Below are positions 49,956 to 64,000 of a DNA stretch of 64,000 nt, piece by piece. This DNA comes from Balanoglossus misakiensis (taxonomy: Eukaryota; Animalia; Hemichordata). The translations under genes and the position numbers were made by a program. The stretch spans positions 10,429,656 to 10,493,655 of the forward strand of contig CM082583.2 of the NCBI GenBank assembly GCA_040954595.2. The letters run 5' to 3'. Numbering within the stretch: the first letter of the stretch is position 1; each line of letters starts with the position of its first letter. The notes below the pieces were generated by a model. It did no database searches. It saw only the letters and a program-made list of their open reading frames with translations, and had not been told where the DNA came from.

Positions 49956-52900
49956 GGTCACACGATGTTTCCTTGGTCGATGGGCCCTACAGTGTAGATT
50001 CTCCAACGATGAAACTGTCACTGTTTGTGAGCTTACCACGTAGACGCTAGACTTTGCAGGAATGCTTCTCCTTTGTTGTCAATCAATGGTGACTGCGAAC
50101 GTCTTGCATATCCGTCTGGTGCCACAAAACAAAATATTCTTCAGGGAATAATATTAACTGCAACAACAAGGATATTCCAGTTACACTGGCTTGGTAAACC
50201 TCTCGAACAGTCTTTCAGCTCAACTTCAACTCATGCTGGGTGCCCACGTGATGTGTAACTCAGTTTATAAGTGCTGTCGTCATTTTAAATGCTAATTTTA
50301 TATTGGATAGATTTGTATCCTTAATGCGATAGCCGTGTTCTATTGAACGGTTGTGGAACAAAATTAATGTGGTGGCTGAATGCCAAAAAGCTTCACCAAT
50401 ATTTCCATTAAACTGAGAGATTTCCGTGAACAATCCTTGAGTAAATAAAGGCAATTTGCATGATTGGGTGTATCCATCATAGGCTTTTGATCACTCATTG
50501 TTAAGGTCATATATGGTCTTTAATTGACCATCAGGTGAAGAAAATAAGAATAAACATATTAAGCATATATATCTCGATACAGAATTTTAATTGCAAAAGT
50601 CTTATAAGTCTAATAAGTTGTCCTTGACCACCCTCACAACGACCATGCACGTACGGCATCTGATGTGTCAAGGTTAATTGCGAGCTTCCTTGTCAACGTG
50701 TTCACCTGACTATCACTTAACGCTTAACATATGCGCAAATAAGCAGTAACGTTGCTATAGACAATGAACATCAAAGAACAGTATGATTTTGGAAGCAATA
50801 AAATCCTTGCAGTTTAATCTTCCCTCTGTGTCTGAAATAAAATTGTAGACAAATGATAAAGCTTGTCGACTCACCGTGTGGGCGTTGCAAGACTGTGTGG
50901 TATATCTTAGTGCAAAGATTACTGGGAACATTGGGGCTTACAAGAATAGTTACAGCAGATATGAAATGAAAGGTGCTCTCGTGTATTGAAAGAGTACCGG
51001 TTATATTGAAAAACGTGGAATGTATGTAAGAAGTTTTCAACAAAAATGGCTGTTTAGTTTATGTATTACCACCCTTACGTTGTAAATTGTGTAGTAATGT
51101 TCCAGAAATTTATCATTGGGTCTACTCAAATTTTAAAATATTCTAGGTTTTGTCAGATTTATGCAGTAATACATTGTATGTGCCGATATTGTCATACTGT
51201 CTCTACAGAGCCCTTAAAAAGGGAATTTGAACATTGCAAGGCTGTGCGTATGCATTGTACTTCAAACAATGACCCAGTAATAGAATCTGCAGCATTTGGT
51301 TTTCTCATTAAGGCATATATGCGGTATACTGCTGCATTTAAAAACAATTAGCAAATGTCAAATTGCTGTCTAATTTTTCTATGCCTAAAAAGCAGAATCT
51401 TTATTAAGTGTAATGAATCTCTTGAAATGAAAATTGATGGCATCAGAGACAGTTGTCTATAGAGGATGGTTGCTTCCTATTGTACTCATTGATATTCCGG
51501 GATTGATACACCTGTATATCAACCATACCCGGTACCTGACGTTCATGTATCTTTCCTTCAAGGACTGTTAGTTGTCCACCGGCCATGCTCCGTGCCGAAT
51601 TGTTTTGTCTTTGTCTTTGGAAGCCCTGTTGCCATGTGAATGTAATATTTGACTTATGATTCTTGGAATATGGAAGTCGAGTTTGCATGGTTGGTTAAAA
51701 TGCGATAGGAGCTTGTGTAATATTTTGGTTTGTTAAGTATGGAACTTTTCCCCTGACAACTTTGTTTAATTAAATACAAGAAACAACTGATTATCATACT
51801 TGCCTGTCACAATGCCTATAAGTACTCACAGTAAAGGAAGCTGTTCCATACAGTTAGCCCATTGAACTTCAAAATCAACATGTTATTCGTGTATAAAGTT
51901 AGACACATGATTGCCCTTTGTGGATTTGGAACTGAAGGACGCATGTGGGCGGAAGTTTCTTCAGAAGCAAAACAACAAAAACAGTTCCATTATTGTCACT
52001 GTGCCGTGGAGACCAGGCATCTAAGCTCGGACAAATTGCTGGATTTATTTTAAAGCGCCAAATAAAAAGCCATCCATAGCCACTGCTGTCAACTCTGCAA
52101 TTCATGTTCTTTCTGGTATGGTCACATCTTGTTAGGAAATGCCATGTTACATGTACATGTACAGTAGCTGTGTCAGGATACTGGATACGCTTGCCTGTAC
52201 CATACTGTATATGCCTAAGATTTCATCAGCTTGAAGTAGACATATGGCTTCTCAAAGCATAAGAAATATTAATTCCACATGGATATTAAAAGACGTTTAA
52301 TTACCAATAATATCAATCAAATGATATTTATAGTACTATTCATCCATTTTGTAATACTAATTTTGAGAATTTTATGACTTCGAATCCTAAATAGTGGCAA
52401 TACTACCGGTATATAGATTGAAAGTTAATCTCTACTGAGGTCAGTTTTCTAAAACGGGCGATAATGATGTTCAATCAAAAGAATATGTTTTGATGCAACT
52501 CTTTTCTATAAGTAGGTCCATGTCTTACCACAAAAGGGCATTTACTTTGCAGAGACCTTTTGGATAAAGTTGTGAATCCCTTACATGTGATGATGCTTTG
52601 GTAGTTTTGGTAGCCACTGACCTGTTTACTGTAAGACAGACTTGGCAATGAACGTACTTTGCATGATTGGGGGTTCATTTATATGCGTCGACTTAAAGTT
52701 GTAAGATGACCGACGCCTTATGGTATTAACCCGTCAATTATTCATCAAAGTAATGGGTCTAATCAGACATGTATTTGATTAACAAAACACTCAAACCATT
52801 GCAATCACACACTTTGCACGTGTCATTCGCGACAGTTTCGAGGAAGTTGCCCCTTAATGCTCACTGCAACTACTCGTTCCCCTTCGTTATGCGTAACTGA

Positions 52901-55900
52901 AGGAGTTACTTGAATTGAGCTATGTTCTCATGAAAGAGACGTAATCATTAAGGGATAAACGGAACACAAGTCATTCTTCGTGGCATTGTGAAGAGCACGT
53001 TTGCAGTGGGCGTTTTCTTCGTCTTATCCGATGGCAATTTCCTCTTGTCTGTGCGGCGCTCTTGAAAAGCAATGTAAATAGACCGTCCTTCCCAACCTGC
53101 AATTTAAAGAAAAATGAATAAGACAGCTGTCTCCCATTCATCCTGTACAGTGAAGCGATAATTTTGGAGCAGAAAATATTGGATTCTTAAAGTAGTCTAT
53201 TAAGTGGTGCTTCATTTCCTATCCTGCCAATGAAATTTCAGCACAGTGATATTTCCACAGTTTGTCTTCGTGACTGTTTGGTGGAGGATGAACCAGAAGG
53301 CATTGGCCTAATGGGGAAGGGGGGGGAGGGAATCACTGCTCTGCAAATTTCTTCCGGAAGCATGTAGGGTACATGTACCTTATACAAGAAGCCACTCAAT
53401 CTGCAAAATGAAAAGCATCTAGCTAAATGTCAGATTTTGCATACATGAAAGAATAACAGGAAGAACTGGCTCGAATTCCCCCCTGCAGTTACATTTATTG
53501 TCTACAAATACTTAAAGAGCCTTTATGATATCAGCATGCTGATTGTGCATGAAACTTTGTTCATGTGACCTCATTGACTGAGATGGGAATAAATAACCCT
53601 AAACTGCTATATTCGTGATATACCATAGTTGAAACGCATTCAAGTGACCCCACATGTGAATTCGTGTTATGCATTGATCACTATAATGGGACGAAAATCA
53701 TATGCTGCTTCAGCTTAATTTTAGGGGAGCTCAAGCTTAGAGATTGCAAAAGATATAACATGACAGAAACTTAAAGTAAATAGAGTTCTATCCAAAGTAA
53801 CAGGTATGAATTCAAGTGAAAACACAACGTCTATGGTAGAATCAACAAATTGACACATCAATTTACTTTTTGCCACATTTGTCGTGTACGGTCAAGTTCT
53901 GCTGTATTCCAGTATTTCAGTAACTGTGATAAATTGTTAACATACAATTTGTTTCAAAGCTATATTGGATCCCATAATCAAAATAGAAGTAATTCGCTAT
54001 AAACATGTCTTTTCTTTTATGAAAATATTATGGAAACATTTTAGTGTTCGTTCATATATCTTTCAGCTCAGAACTTATTAATAACTGTCCTTTGTCATGT
54101 AAAGGAATGGAGCGCCCACTAGAGTATGGGTATACAATATGGCTCCTTTGTTTATACTCTAGACTGATGAGAATACTTCACTAGCGCCCTCTACACAATG
54201 GGGTCTACAATAATGCTAAATTTAAAGCTGTGTTTAGCAATTTTTTGAGAATGAATTAGTATGGTTCATAGACCATTTTTCATTTGCATAAGAATTGCCA
54301 TGTTGCACTGATTGAGAGGAATTGGCCAGTTGCACTCATAAATGCAAACCATGAACTGTATTTCAGAGTAGCCCCGGGCTGGTTGCATCTTCAGCGACAT
54401 ATTCATGTGTAGCCATGAAATAAATGTTGGGAGTCAATTAACCGCACGTACACTGTAGGTATGGTAGAGGCCGTTTCCTGTTACATTGATGGTGATATGG
54501 TAGATCTAGTGATGATTGGGTGGAATTGCAGAATTGTATCATCAAGTAAATTCAAAAAAAGCTTTAATTCATAAAATGATCGGGTTATATTCCCTCATCC
54601 CTGCTGGTCCCTTGCTTGAATTTGACCAGAAAGTGACTTGAACACTGACACATTTTTCACTAAGCAATTACGTGTGTCCAACAATATTACATGATCCCCT
54701 GTGTCAAGAACATTTGGCTGATTTTTCAAAATTATGTCAACTTCCCCTTATTTATACTTGACCTTCTGCAGTCAGCGAAGTGGAACAGCTAGGTATTAGT
54801 TGAAATCTGGATTAGAGAGCAGTTTGAACTTTTGCACAAAAGGGTCATTCCTTTTAGAATTTTTTAAAGTGGATGTAATCTACTCTTTATAATTCCCTTC
54901 AGATTTTCCATCCCCAACAATCGAAGATACGTTGATAAAGTTATCTCTGAACACCTTCTCTGGGCCTATGTGTAATACATTTTGGATAACATAATAGTAA
55001 GCAATACTCTCAGCTTTCCAAATGAATGCAGATTTTAGCGATTGCCTTCTAAGTTGACTTAGAGAATACATTAGAAAGGAGCAGTGTCATGTCAATTGGC
55101 ATGTTCTCCTTGGTAAAAGATACTTGAAAATTTCATGACAAAATGGAAAACTAATGGTTGAAGTAAATCGGATGAAGCCTCATGTCTGGGAAGGTCCAAG
55201 TTTCATCATGAGAAAACACCTTCGACAAGGAATTGAGGTTATGCTCAAGTACCGGTATATGAAATATATAACAGATGGTGCCAGCAGGAATATCACGACC
55301 TACAACACCTAGTCACCGAGAAAATGAAACGTCGCAGAAAATCACTTCACTAGATCAGAGCCCTATCAAAGAAGTCATCTAACGGCTTCATTTAATCGTA
55401 CCCAATGAAAATTGGCATGCGTATATTCATCTCCAGGCTGTTATTGTATTGCAATCGAATGAATGTGTGGATGTACTGGTAGTTGATACACTTTCCACGT
55501 ACCACATTTGAAAGCAGATGGCCTGGCTTAGTAGTAGATCCAAACATGAAAATAGCGGCCATGTTGAATTACATCGCTGTACAGTGTTTTAGGGTTTTCT
55601 CATTTTCTGCATTCTGACAAATGATAAATTGGTTGCTATGCTGAAATGTGTGGGTCTTTTAGAAATATCGAGGCAAAATGTGTCTCATAATGTCAAATAA
55701 AAGAACTACATGAAAATCACTTAAAAGCAATTTTCGTATACAGGCGAGTCATTTAAAGTGCCAGTTCACCCCGAAAGAATGTCATGTAAAACTAATTTCA
55801 AAGGTAGGAAGTTAATACTCAAAATGAAAAGAACACCGCAATCTTGCGTTTATTCTCATGCAAGCCTTCCATGTGGACAAATTTTGTTACCACGGCGATG

Positions 55901-58900
55901 CCAAAAACCATTGATCGTAAAAAGTGCACAAAATATCACCAGGAAATCAAAGCATTGATGTAGTATTCCACATGAATTGTTAACACGATCAGGAAATCCA
56001 TCAGGTGATTAGGTAGATAGTAATAAGGCTTCACATATACGCACTACGGTCGAGGTGTTTTTTGTCAGTACGATATATTCAAGATGCAATGTAGTTCTAA
56101 CAGATTTGGCGTCCATTCAGAAAGTTAATTGTAAAATGCCCAGAAAACAGAATGGTGTGTGGGAACGCCACTGATTTTATCTGGTCAAATCGACAAACAG
56201 AAATATCAGAATGAAAAGTACATGTAGCAATCTCAAAATCCACCTATTAGCTAATTAGAACACTCAAGGCCATTTAACAATGACAGAGCGAACTGACGTG
56301 GATGAGGACACTCACAAACCTGTTAAAAATAAGCACAGTCCCTCTATCACATGGTCTGGAAACATGGCCAGATTCTCTTGGACAGATTGTGATATGACCG
56401 AATAAACTTGTGTTTTGTCAGTTTGTAGGCAAAAAATGACTGTATAAATTCTGAGAAGAGGTTTATTGATTGTGCTCCATTTATTCCTGCCTGCGTGCAA
56501 GCGACCATCCTTAGACATTCAAATATGTATGAATCAATTTCATTCAAACTTCGCACAAATACAATGCAATATAACATTCATACGTATCTCAATTTGCATC
56601 GAAATTCCACCTGGCATCTAGTTGGTTTCATGTCCAACGGAAGTGCTTAAATATGCCAGAACAGATTAAATTCAACTTAAAACGATGTATACTGACTTAC
56701 ACATCCACGTCAATTTTTTTTTGTATATGTCGTCCAGTCTGCCAATCATTCAGCTGCTCTGTGATGAATGTTTTCAAATGCGGAACCATTACCTTGATAG
56801 GCCTGACCCAATTTCATTCACAGTATATACTAAGACATACACAGATAGACTGTGCTCATGTAACCACCAAATGGGCTTTTTACGGCAGGGATTTTAAGTT
56901 CATTGCCATTACTCAGACATGCCACGGCCAATTATGTTCACACTTGACACAAAGTCAACACAAAATGACATACCCATGGGCGCTTTTTGATAAATGGACC
57001 GAATATGGCTGTCTCAGACTGGTGGTCACTTGTCAAAACTTTTTTTGTTTCCAGAGCAGATATTTTAAGAATACAAAAAATTCTTGTACAGTTAAAAACA
57101 CAGTTGGATAATCCGGTAAACTAAATCTGTGAATGCTACTTAAGAGAGTCCACTTCTAATGTAAGCTGATATACTGACATGTGGTGCCGTGCATGGAAAT
57201 AAATGCACCAAACGCATGGTCTACTTTCATCTACTCTTTTCAAATTCTGTTTTGAATGCAACTGTTTTCAGGTAATAAACATCTCCAGCTTTAATCCTCA
57301 CTGCAATATGCCTGCTGAATGTCACACTTTATGTCGTGAGACTATACAGCTAGCATAATAGTTTGCCGACAACATCTGTCTGTTGTAATCTCATAACACA
57401 TATAGCTGACGTATTATTATTTGGGTACAGCCTGGAAATAGAACGTAATGCAATTTTCATCTGTTGCCTTGGAGATTAAAATTAGTGACGTTATCAATTG
57501 TGTACGAAATAGATATGTCGTGGTTATAGAATTAATTCCACACACATTAGGGTTGGGAAAGCTCTGTGTCCAATTGGAAACTTTCAAAATTGCTGGTTTG
57601 GGTTATATAGATCCGTGATAAAAGAAATTAAGCCATGTTTTCAGAAACCTGGAATGTGAGTACCCATTAAGCCGGACAACGTTCAATTTTCTTTTCGGGT
57701 GAGTCTTTTTTATCACAGACCCTCTACTATATCCACGCAGTCTAGTGTATATTGTTATCTTTTTTCGCCAAGAAATGGTTTACATCAATTTATTCGCAAC
57801 TCTTCAATTTGCTTGAGTTTTAAAGTTTTTCACAGAGAGCATCTCGGTGAAATCTTGGTGTGTCCTTTCGAATTCACTGTTGCAGATGCAGTGGAATAAT
57901 CATCACCTAAAATTTCCATGGTGAATGTTAAAAATGAATCAACTTTTTGATATTGTTAATATCTGATACGTGTATGTCATAGTTTTAAAAGATGTCTGTT
58001 ATTTATTTATTTTATTTCACCATCAGTGCATCGTATTCATTTAAAGCGTTTCTGATGTACAATCTACAGTCGCCTTTGATTTGCAAAGTAAAGATAATTT
58101 ATCAAAGTGCTGTCTGTATCAATCTTGTGCCAACTAAATGACTCTTTAATACAGCGAAGCAATTACAGCACAGTCGAATTAGGCCATGAAATGGTTTCGA
58201 TCGGTGTCAATTTTCACTTAACCTCCCATTCTATGCCGGTCAATATCTTGTGCATGATAAGGTTTTCTGGAAAGACATTTACTGATAAATCAGAAGGTGA
58301 ACACTAGGGTTCACTTATATATTGGCTGTGAACACTACTTCTAGTAGTCCCAAAAGTGTCAATCCCGACGGTCGATGGTGATGTGCAATCTAAGCATGAT
58401 ATCGAAGGAAACAACATGCCATCAATCTCTCGCTTTTAATTAGTTTACAAGTTGAGGGTTTTCTTTCACCTCTTTGCTGTTTTGTGAAAGTATTAAAGTT
58501 CATCTTGTTAAAAGATACAGGTATCCTTCTCCTGCTCATGTAAAAACAGTTCACAGAAGACAAGTGTTTCCCTTGTGGTAAGATATGACATACATGCACC
58601 GATGTTAGAAACATTCATGTGAGCTAACACATGATACAGACTCGGTGCATAATTTATCATCTAGGGGCAGATCGAGTCGTCAAACAGCGTTTTTTGCAAG
58701 GATTACTGAAACAAGAGACACAGTCACGTAATAATGATACAAGTCATATCAATATTGTAGCGCGGATAGAAAAGAAACCTGTTATCGACAAGCCGTACCA
58801 AACAGACCGAAAATTTACATGCAATTTGAAATAAAATCCTTACAAAGATACATCCGTTAAGTGCAAAAATTCCATCAAGCAGACAGTGTAGTGACTTCTC

Positions 58901-61900
58901 TCTTCTTAAAATGTTTCTTGTAATTTTCTCAATTTGCTTTATATTTGCTACATTTTCCCTTTTTTGTTTCAACCTTTCTTCATTAAACAGCAATAAATAT
59001 ATATGTACTTACAGTATATGTACTTATATACTTACGTCATATTTTCAGAATGTAACGCATAACATATCAAAGCAGCATTTTTTTCAGGGAATATAGTGTG
59101 AGCTTTTTCTAGGAACTACTCTTTACTATTGTAATTTCCCTGAGGCTCAGTCAAGTATTCTCAAATAAATTCCCAGCTGATCTGGCAGAATGTCAGATCA
59201 TGAGTCGGTTGAAACATATTACACGGGTAGGGCTTCTGAGCAGAATAGATTACTAATAAGACGATCGAAGTGCAATTTCTTATAACGTCAGGTTTGATGG
59301 TATCACATTACCCCGACATTAATTTTGTTCCGATGCCGATATCCATGACAGATAAAAGAAACAACACTTGCACCATAACAGATCCACTTGCACTGTCACC
59401 TTGATGTTCGTTTGGTTACTCGAGATGCCCTCATTCTAATCCATGACTGTGCACAATTCTGTTTGAATTTTGCAGGACATCACTGCAGTCACGATTATCT
59501 CCGCTATGACGTTGTGTCTGCTTGCTTTTAGAAGGGGAGGCTGCGGGCATGTATTTGCTAAACATATGGCTATGTTATGCCGTAAAATTACCGTCGATAA
59601 CACTGTGTACTATTGTAATAAAACTTTAGTGCGCATGTGCCTAATATTGCATCAAACAGATGGTTTCATACTTATCAATTACCAAAGTAAACCGCTCCTG
59701 GTGGACAGTACCTTAATTCACTGATGGGTGTATTGGTAGAAGTGTTAAATGACGATTCTGTTTGAATATGTTAACTATACATCCAGTTGTTTAAATTTTC
59801 AATAAAGTGGAATTTTTAAAGTCAACATTAATATGCACTGTGTGATTCACACAACAGAATGTAATATGTTTCTTTCTTGCTTGCTCACTTGCTTGACAAA
59901 AGCTCAATTTTATGGCGAGTGTGGCAATATGTGATTTTTTTTTTCCACTCGAGAACTGAGCCATGAGTGAAGTCAAGAAAGTAGTTGAATATCAGATGGG
60001 TAGATGGCGGGTATTTATAAGAAAGATATCCAGTTTAAAGAATAAAGTTTTGCTCATTTTACATTTTCATCATCTGTGCAGTAATGGTACTAACAAGAAT
60101 AAACAAATACTTTGAGTGCCTTTTACAGGTTAATATTTGAGCTTCAGTCTAAACCGAGCTACTGCGTTAAATTGTACAAAGAACTTCAACCGGCAGGAAA
60201 TTTCACGGCAAAGTAACTTCCTTCTTCCAGAAATAAAATGGGGATGTTGCTTATGTAGATTTAACTTTTTAAGTGGGTGCATTTCCCAGGCGTGATAGAA
60301 ATTAGGACACTTTCACTAGATCTTGTTAAAAAGTGGAGCGAGATGCACAGTGAGGAAATTTACGACTCAATGCGCTGTGATTAGCAACTTGCAAGATCTG
60401 TATGTACACAGTTCCCTTTTGCATGGCCAGTTTCGAAATTATTTACATTCACAAGGCTCTGTATGACGTTTACATGAGCGTCAAAGATTAAATTAGCTAC
60501 CTGTATTTTGATGCCCGCGTGACCTTATAAACCTTCATGGATCAGTAATCACAATGGCTCCCGAGGCTTGACGTAGATCATTTCAAGGACTTTTGCTGGT
60601 ACGTTCATATCATGTCAGTGAATGCATCGCGAGACATATGTGTAATCATGTCAAGTTAAACTCTGTAACCGTCCCAAAGCGGTCTCTCTTCTATGCAAGT
60701 CTAGCTGCAAAAGTCATTTGTTAAGTATTAAAACCACATTTACTGTCTGCCACTCAAATTTTGTAGTCTTATAATAAGAGTAAAGCAAGGTCACTGCGGT
60801 AAGTTACTCTTCACTTGTGTTAGTCTAAACTTCGTTTCTGTAACATATCAGATCCTTAATAGGTTTGCAAACATGGACATGTCTAAAACCCCACTGCAAA
60901 TAATTAGTTTCAAGCTAATTTGACATGCAGACCGCGGGCAGCCAGAACAGGTAATGCAATGTGTGCACCGCAAATCTCAAACCACCTCGGGGAAACAATA
61001 CAGACGTAATCAGATCTCGCGAAGTCATTATATTGTGTTCAGTTGCTTGTGTGCGTGAATAACACAAACAAGAAAATTAAGACCATGCAAGCTCCTTCAA
61101 TTTTTTTTATCTGGGGATGGAGTAAACATGATAATTGCCTTTGTTTATACTTCCATAAATGCAGTTGCTATCTATGATATATAATTTGCCTTATTGTGAT
61201 TCTGTTCATATTATGCCCATTTAGGGTTGCTTTCTTCTTTGATGTTGTTATCTTCAGAAACCCTTCCTTATATTCTCAATGATTCCTTTCTTTTACATAT
61301 CCATTCCATATTATATTTTTCTGAATCTGTTGTCTAAAATGGTTGAATTATTGTATAATTATGTGGCATTAATTTAATATACTGTGCCTGCAGTGACTTC
61401 AAACTTCCATCCCGGTTAGTCAAACATCCAAATGGAACTTGAAGATGAGATCAAAATGCACTGACGACGACAGGCGAGAGAGCAGTTATATCCTACACTG
61501 CCTGACTTATAAATGACTTCAACCGTACCTCAACTAATGCATGGCATTACCTGTAGAGTAACTGATAACATGGGATACTTACATCACCAGTTGTCACTCA
61601 ATTCCGAATTCAGTATCTCAGTGGGTAACTGTAATGTCTGGGATAGGTCATCCTGAATAAAACCTGATGACGCAGAGTGCAGACATTAATGTGCCATGGC
61701 TTGCACAATTTATCGCTCATCGCGTTGGAAAGGATCTCGCACGTAACACTTGCATTTGCCCTCCAGTACATGAACCCACCATTTTCGAGTTGTGACACTC
61801 CTGTTTAAGTAATAATTCTCAAATAATTTTGAGATATAAACAGAGCAGAGACAGCTAGTAAGCCGAGAAGTGTTTCCAAGGAGACTCTCCGATTTGACGT

Positions 61901-64000
61901 GTAGGAAAATCATTTGAACAATCAGTGTGCATCCCCAGGGCGAATAAACAACCAAGAGTTCATTAGACTTCATCCTCGGGGCATCATTTCCTTGATGGCA
62001 TCGTTAAATTAACCAATATCATTTGATCTATCTGTCAACCACATTTGAAGTTTCCTGTTCAATTCTCTGCTGTTCTTACTTTTGTAATATAATATTAATC
62101 TCGGCTACGGAGAAGAGCAAGGATCAACCAGTTTCAATTACAGCAACTTTCGAAGGTCGTGACATGTTTTCTTATACTGTACTCCGAAGTTCTCAGAGTA
62201 ATCGGCGGTATAAAATCGAATGTCATTCCGATTAACGAGGAACAAATTTACACCAGCTTTATTTGCCACTCTATGTACGTAAAAGAGATGTAGGTACGTG
62301 TGTAGTTATTTCCAGTTGTTTAAAGATGTCAACAGCATGGAAATGTGAGTAACACCCACGTGTAGGTCCTACTAAGCAATGTTATAATGTTGTGTTACCT
62401 GAATAGTAAAGTCCCAGACTATATAAGTCCCGATCATTCCAGATGAGTGATTTGATGAATGTCAAGTACATGTCCATAATTAGTCCCCGTGGATGTAGTT
62501 GGGGAGAATTAACAGCTGGGCTCTGTCCACCCACATGTCAGAACCAATTGGATACCTGAACCATAGTTCATCCAAACTCTGTACAAGGACAATGTAATAT
62601 AAAATATATATGCATATACTGTTAGTGTTAAGGTAGCAATCGGGCTACTCAATATAGTTAGGACAGACGTAAATCAGGAATATTTAAAATAAACCAATAA
62701 AGTTATGAGTTGCAAGACGCGACATAATAAACTTACGCAACTTAATATTGTTAACCGACTCATTAATAAAATATCACAACATTTACAATGCCCATAATGT
62801 TAGACAGTACGACTTAAGACATTTTTTTCTGATCTTACCTGATTGTGTTTTCGCGATGAAAAGTTCACTTTTGTGTAGACTTTATCACCTCTAAAAGGAA
62901 ATTGCGATTTGTTCCGTCTGCTTGGATGCGCAGTAAAATTGTCTGAGCAATAACATATATGACAAGTCACGACCGCGAGCTTTTGATGAACACGAATATG
63001 GAAATGATTAGCAATATCGTGTGAAACTGATCGGCCTGCATGCTGATTCTTGCTTACGGGATTTGACTGTAATTCGCTACATGTAATTGTGAAAGGAATT
63101 TTACTCTCTTTACGGAACTTGCAAATGTTGTGAATAATTCGTGTCAAGATTACAGATGGAACAGTGGACAAACCTTGCTTCATTATGTCTTTATGCTGAA
63201 TTTTAAAATTTGAAGGGATCTCAATGAAATTTTAGACTAACAAACAATTGTATTTCTAAAGATGAAACGATCAGGTGGTCCAGCCCATATGGTTAAGACT
63301 TTATGTTTGTTAACAATGATGACTTGGAACCACAGGCTAATGGCTGGTTGTAGTTTTTGTGTACATTGAGTCAACCCAGAAGACTGACTGATCGAGACAA
63401 AATGGAAAACTGGCAAAATGTAACAAAACACTAGTTTGGATAAGGGTAACAAAAACCTAGAAAACGTGTACAATGCTGACTTATTTGCCAGACTGGCCGG
63501 CGTCTGTTGGCAAAGGTTGCCCTTATGGATAAAAACAGGGTTGTGAGATTGTATGCAATGATTGCCAGAGATTTTGTTCTGAAGCATGCGCGCTGGACGA
63601 GATGTTAGTCTAATTAAAATCAACATCAAACAATTGGGTGAAATGCCACATCTATGAGAGTGGCGACCAGATGTCGGCGTACTGCTGATTCCAGTTTGTA
63701 ATTTTAATTAGGGGTAACCCATTTAATATTGAGGAGAGGCTGGAGGAAAATAGATACGGAAGCAAAGTTTGCAAATGTCACAACCAATTTGGCCAAAAAA
63801 CATATGGTACCTTCTTTAACTAAAAATAGGTGTTCAAAATGAATTTCGCATAGAAGAAAATACAGTATGGGACAAGCTTTCAAAGCATTTAGCTGTAATT
63901 TATACATGATATATCTACTAGCTGTAAATGCCTTACCTGGAGATTTATTGTATTACTCATATAATCCTTGTAGGCCATAATAGAATACCCTTAATTCATA

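Noticed and set aside
50100-64000. Numerous 60-150 aa ORFs
   Set aside because: No domain motifs, intron-like composition, and no consistent splice chain found by eye; small exons cannot be excluded.

Overview
This is eukaryotic (metazoan) genomic DNA, AT-rich, with short spliceosomal introns. Gene content suggests a marine invertebrate, possibly a non-vertebrate deuterostome (inference only). The first ~19 kb is gene-dense, with strictly alternating orientation: RIT/Ric-type Ras GTPase (-, runs off the left edge), proteinase K/aqualysin-type S8 protease (+), BTB-BACK-Kelch gene with single-exon CDS (-), COX5A (+), CIAO2A/FAM96A (-), fructose-1,6-bisphosphatase (+), and an unusual C2 + IPT/TIG + Rab11-FIP-type Rab-binding-domain gene (-). 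At 23-37 kb are two tandem paralogues (-) of a secreted SP-(CUB-SMB)x3-CUB-CUB protein built entirely from phase-1 exons. The remainder is largely non-coding, around an intronless somatostatin/allatostatin-C-type GPCR (-). The three best leads are: (1) the Rab11-FIP-like protein carrying an internal IPT domain resembling the Ral-binding domain of exocyst Sec5/EXOC2, a possible Rab11-Ral bridge; (2) the alternating CUB/somatomedin-B secreted gene pair; (3) the S8 protease with an intact catalytic triad but no oxyanion-hole Asn. All gene models were spliced and translated by eye, and family comparisons are from memory; no database searches were run.
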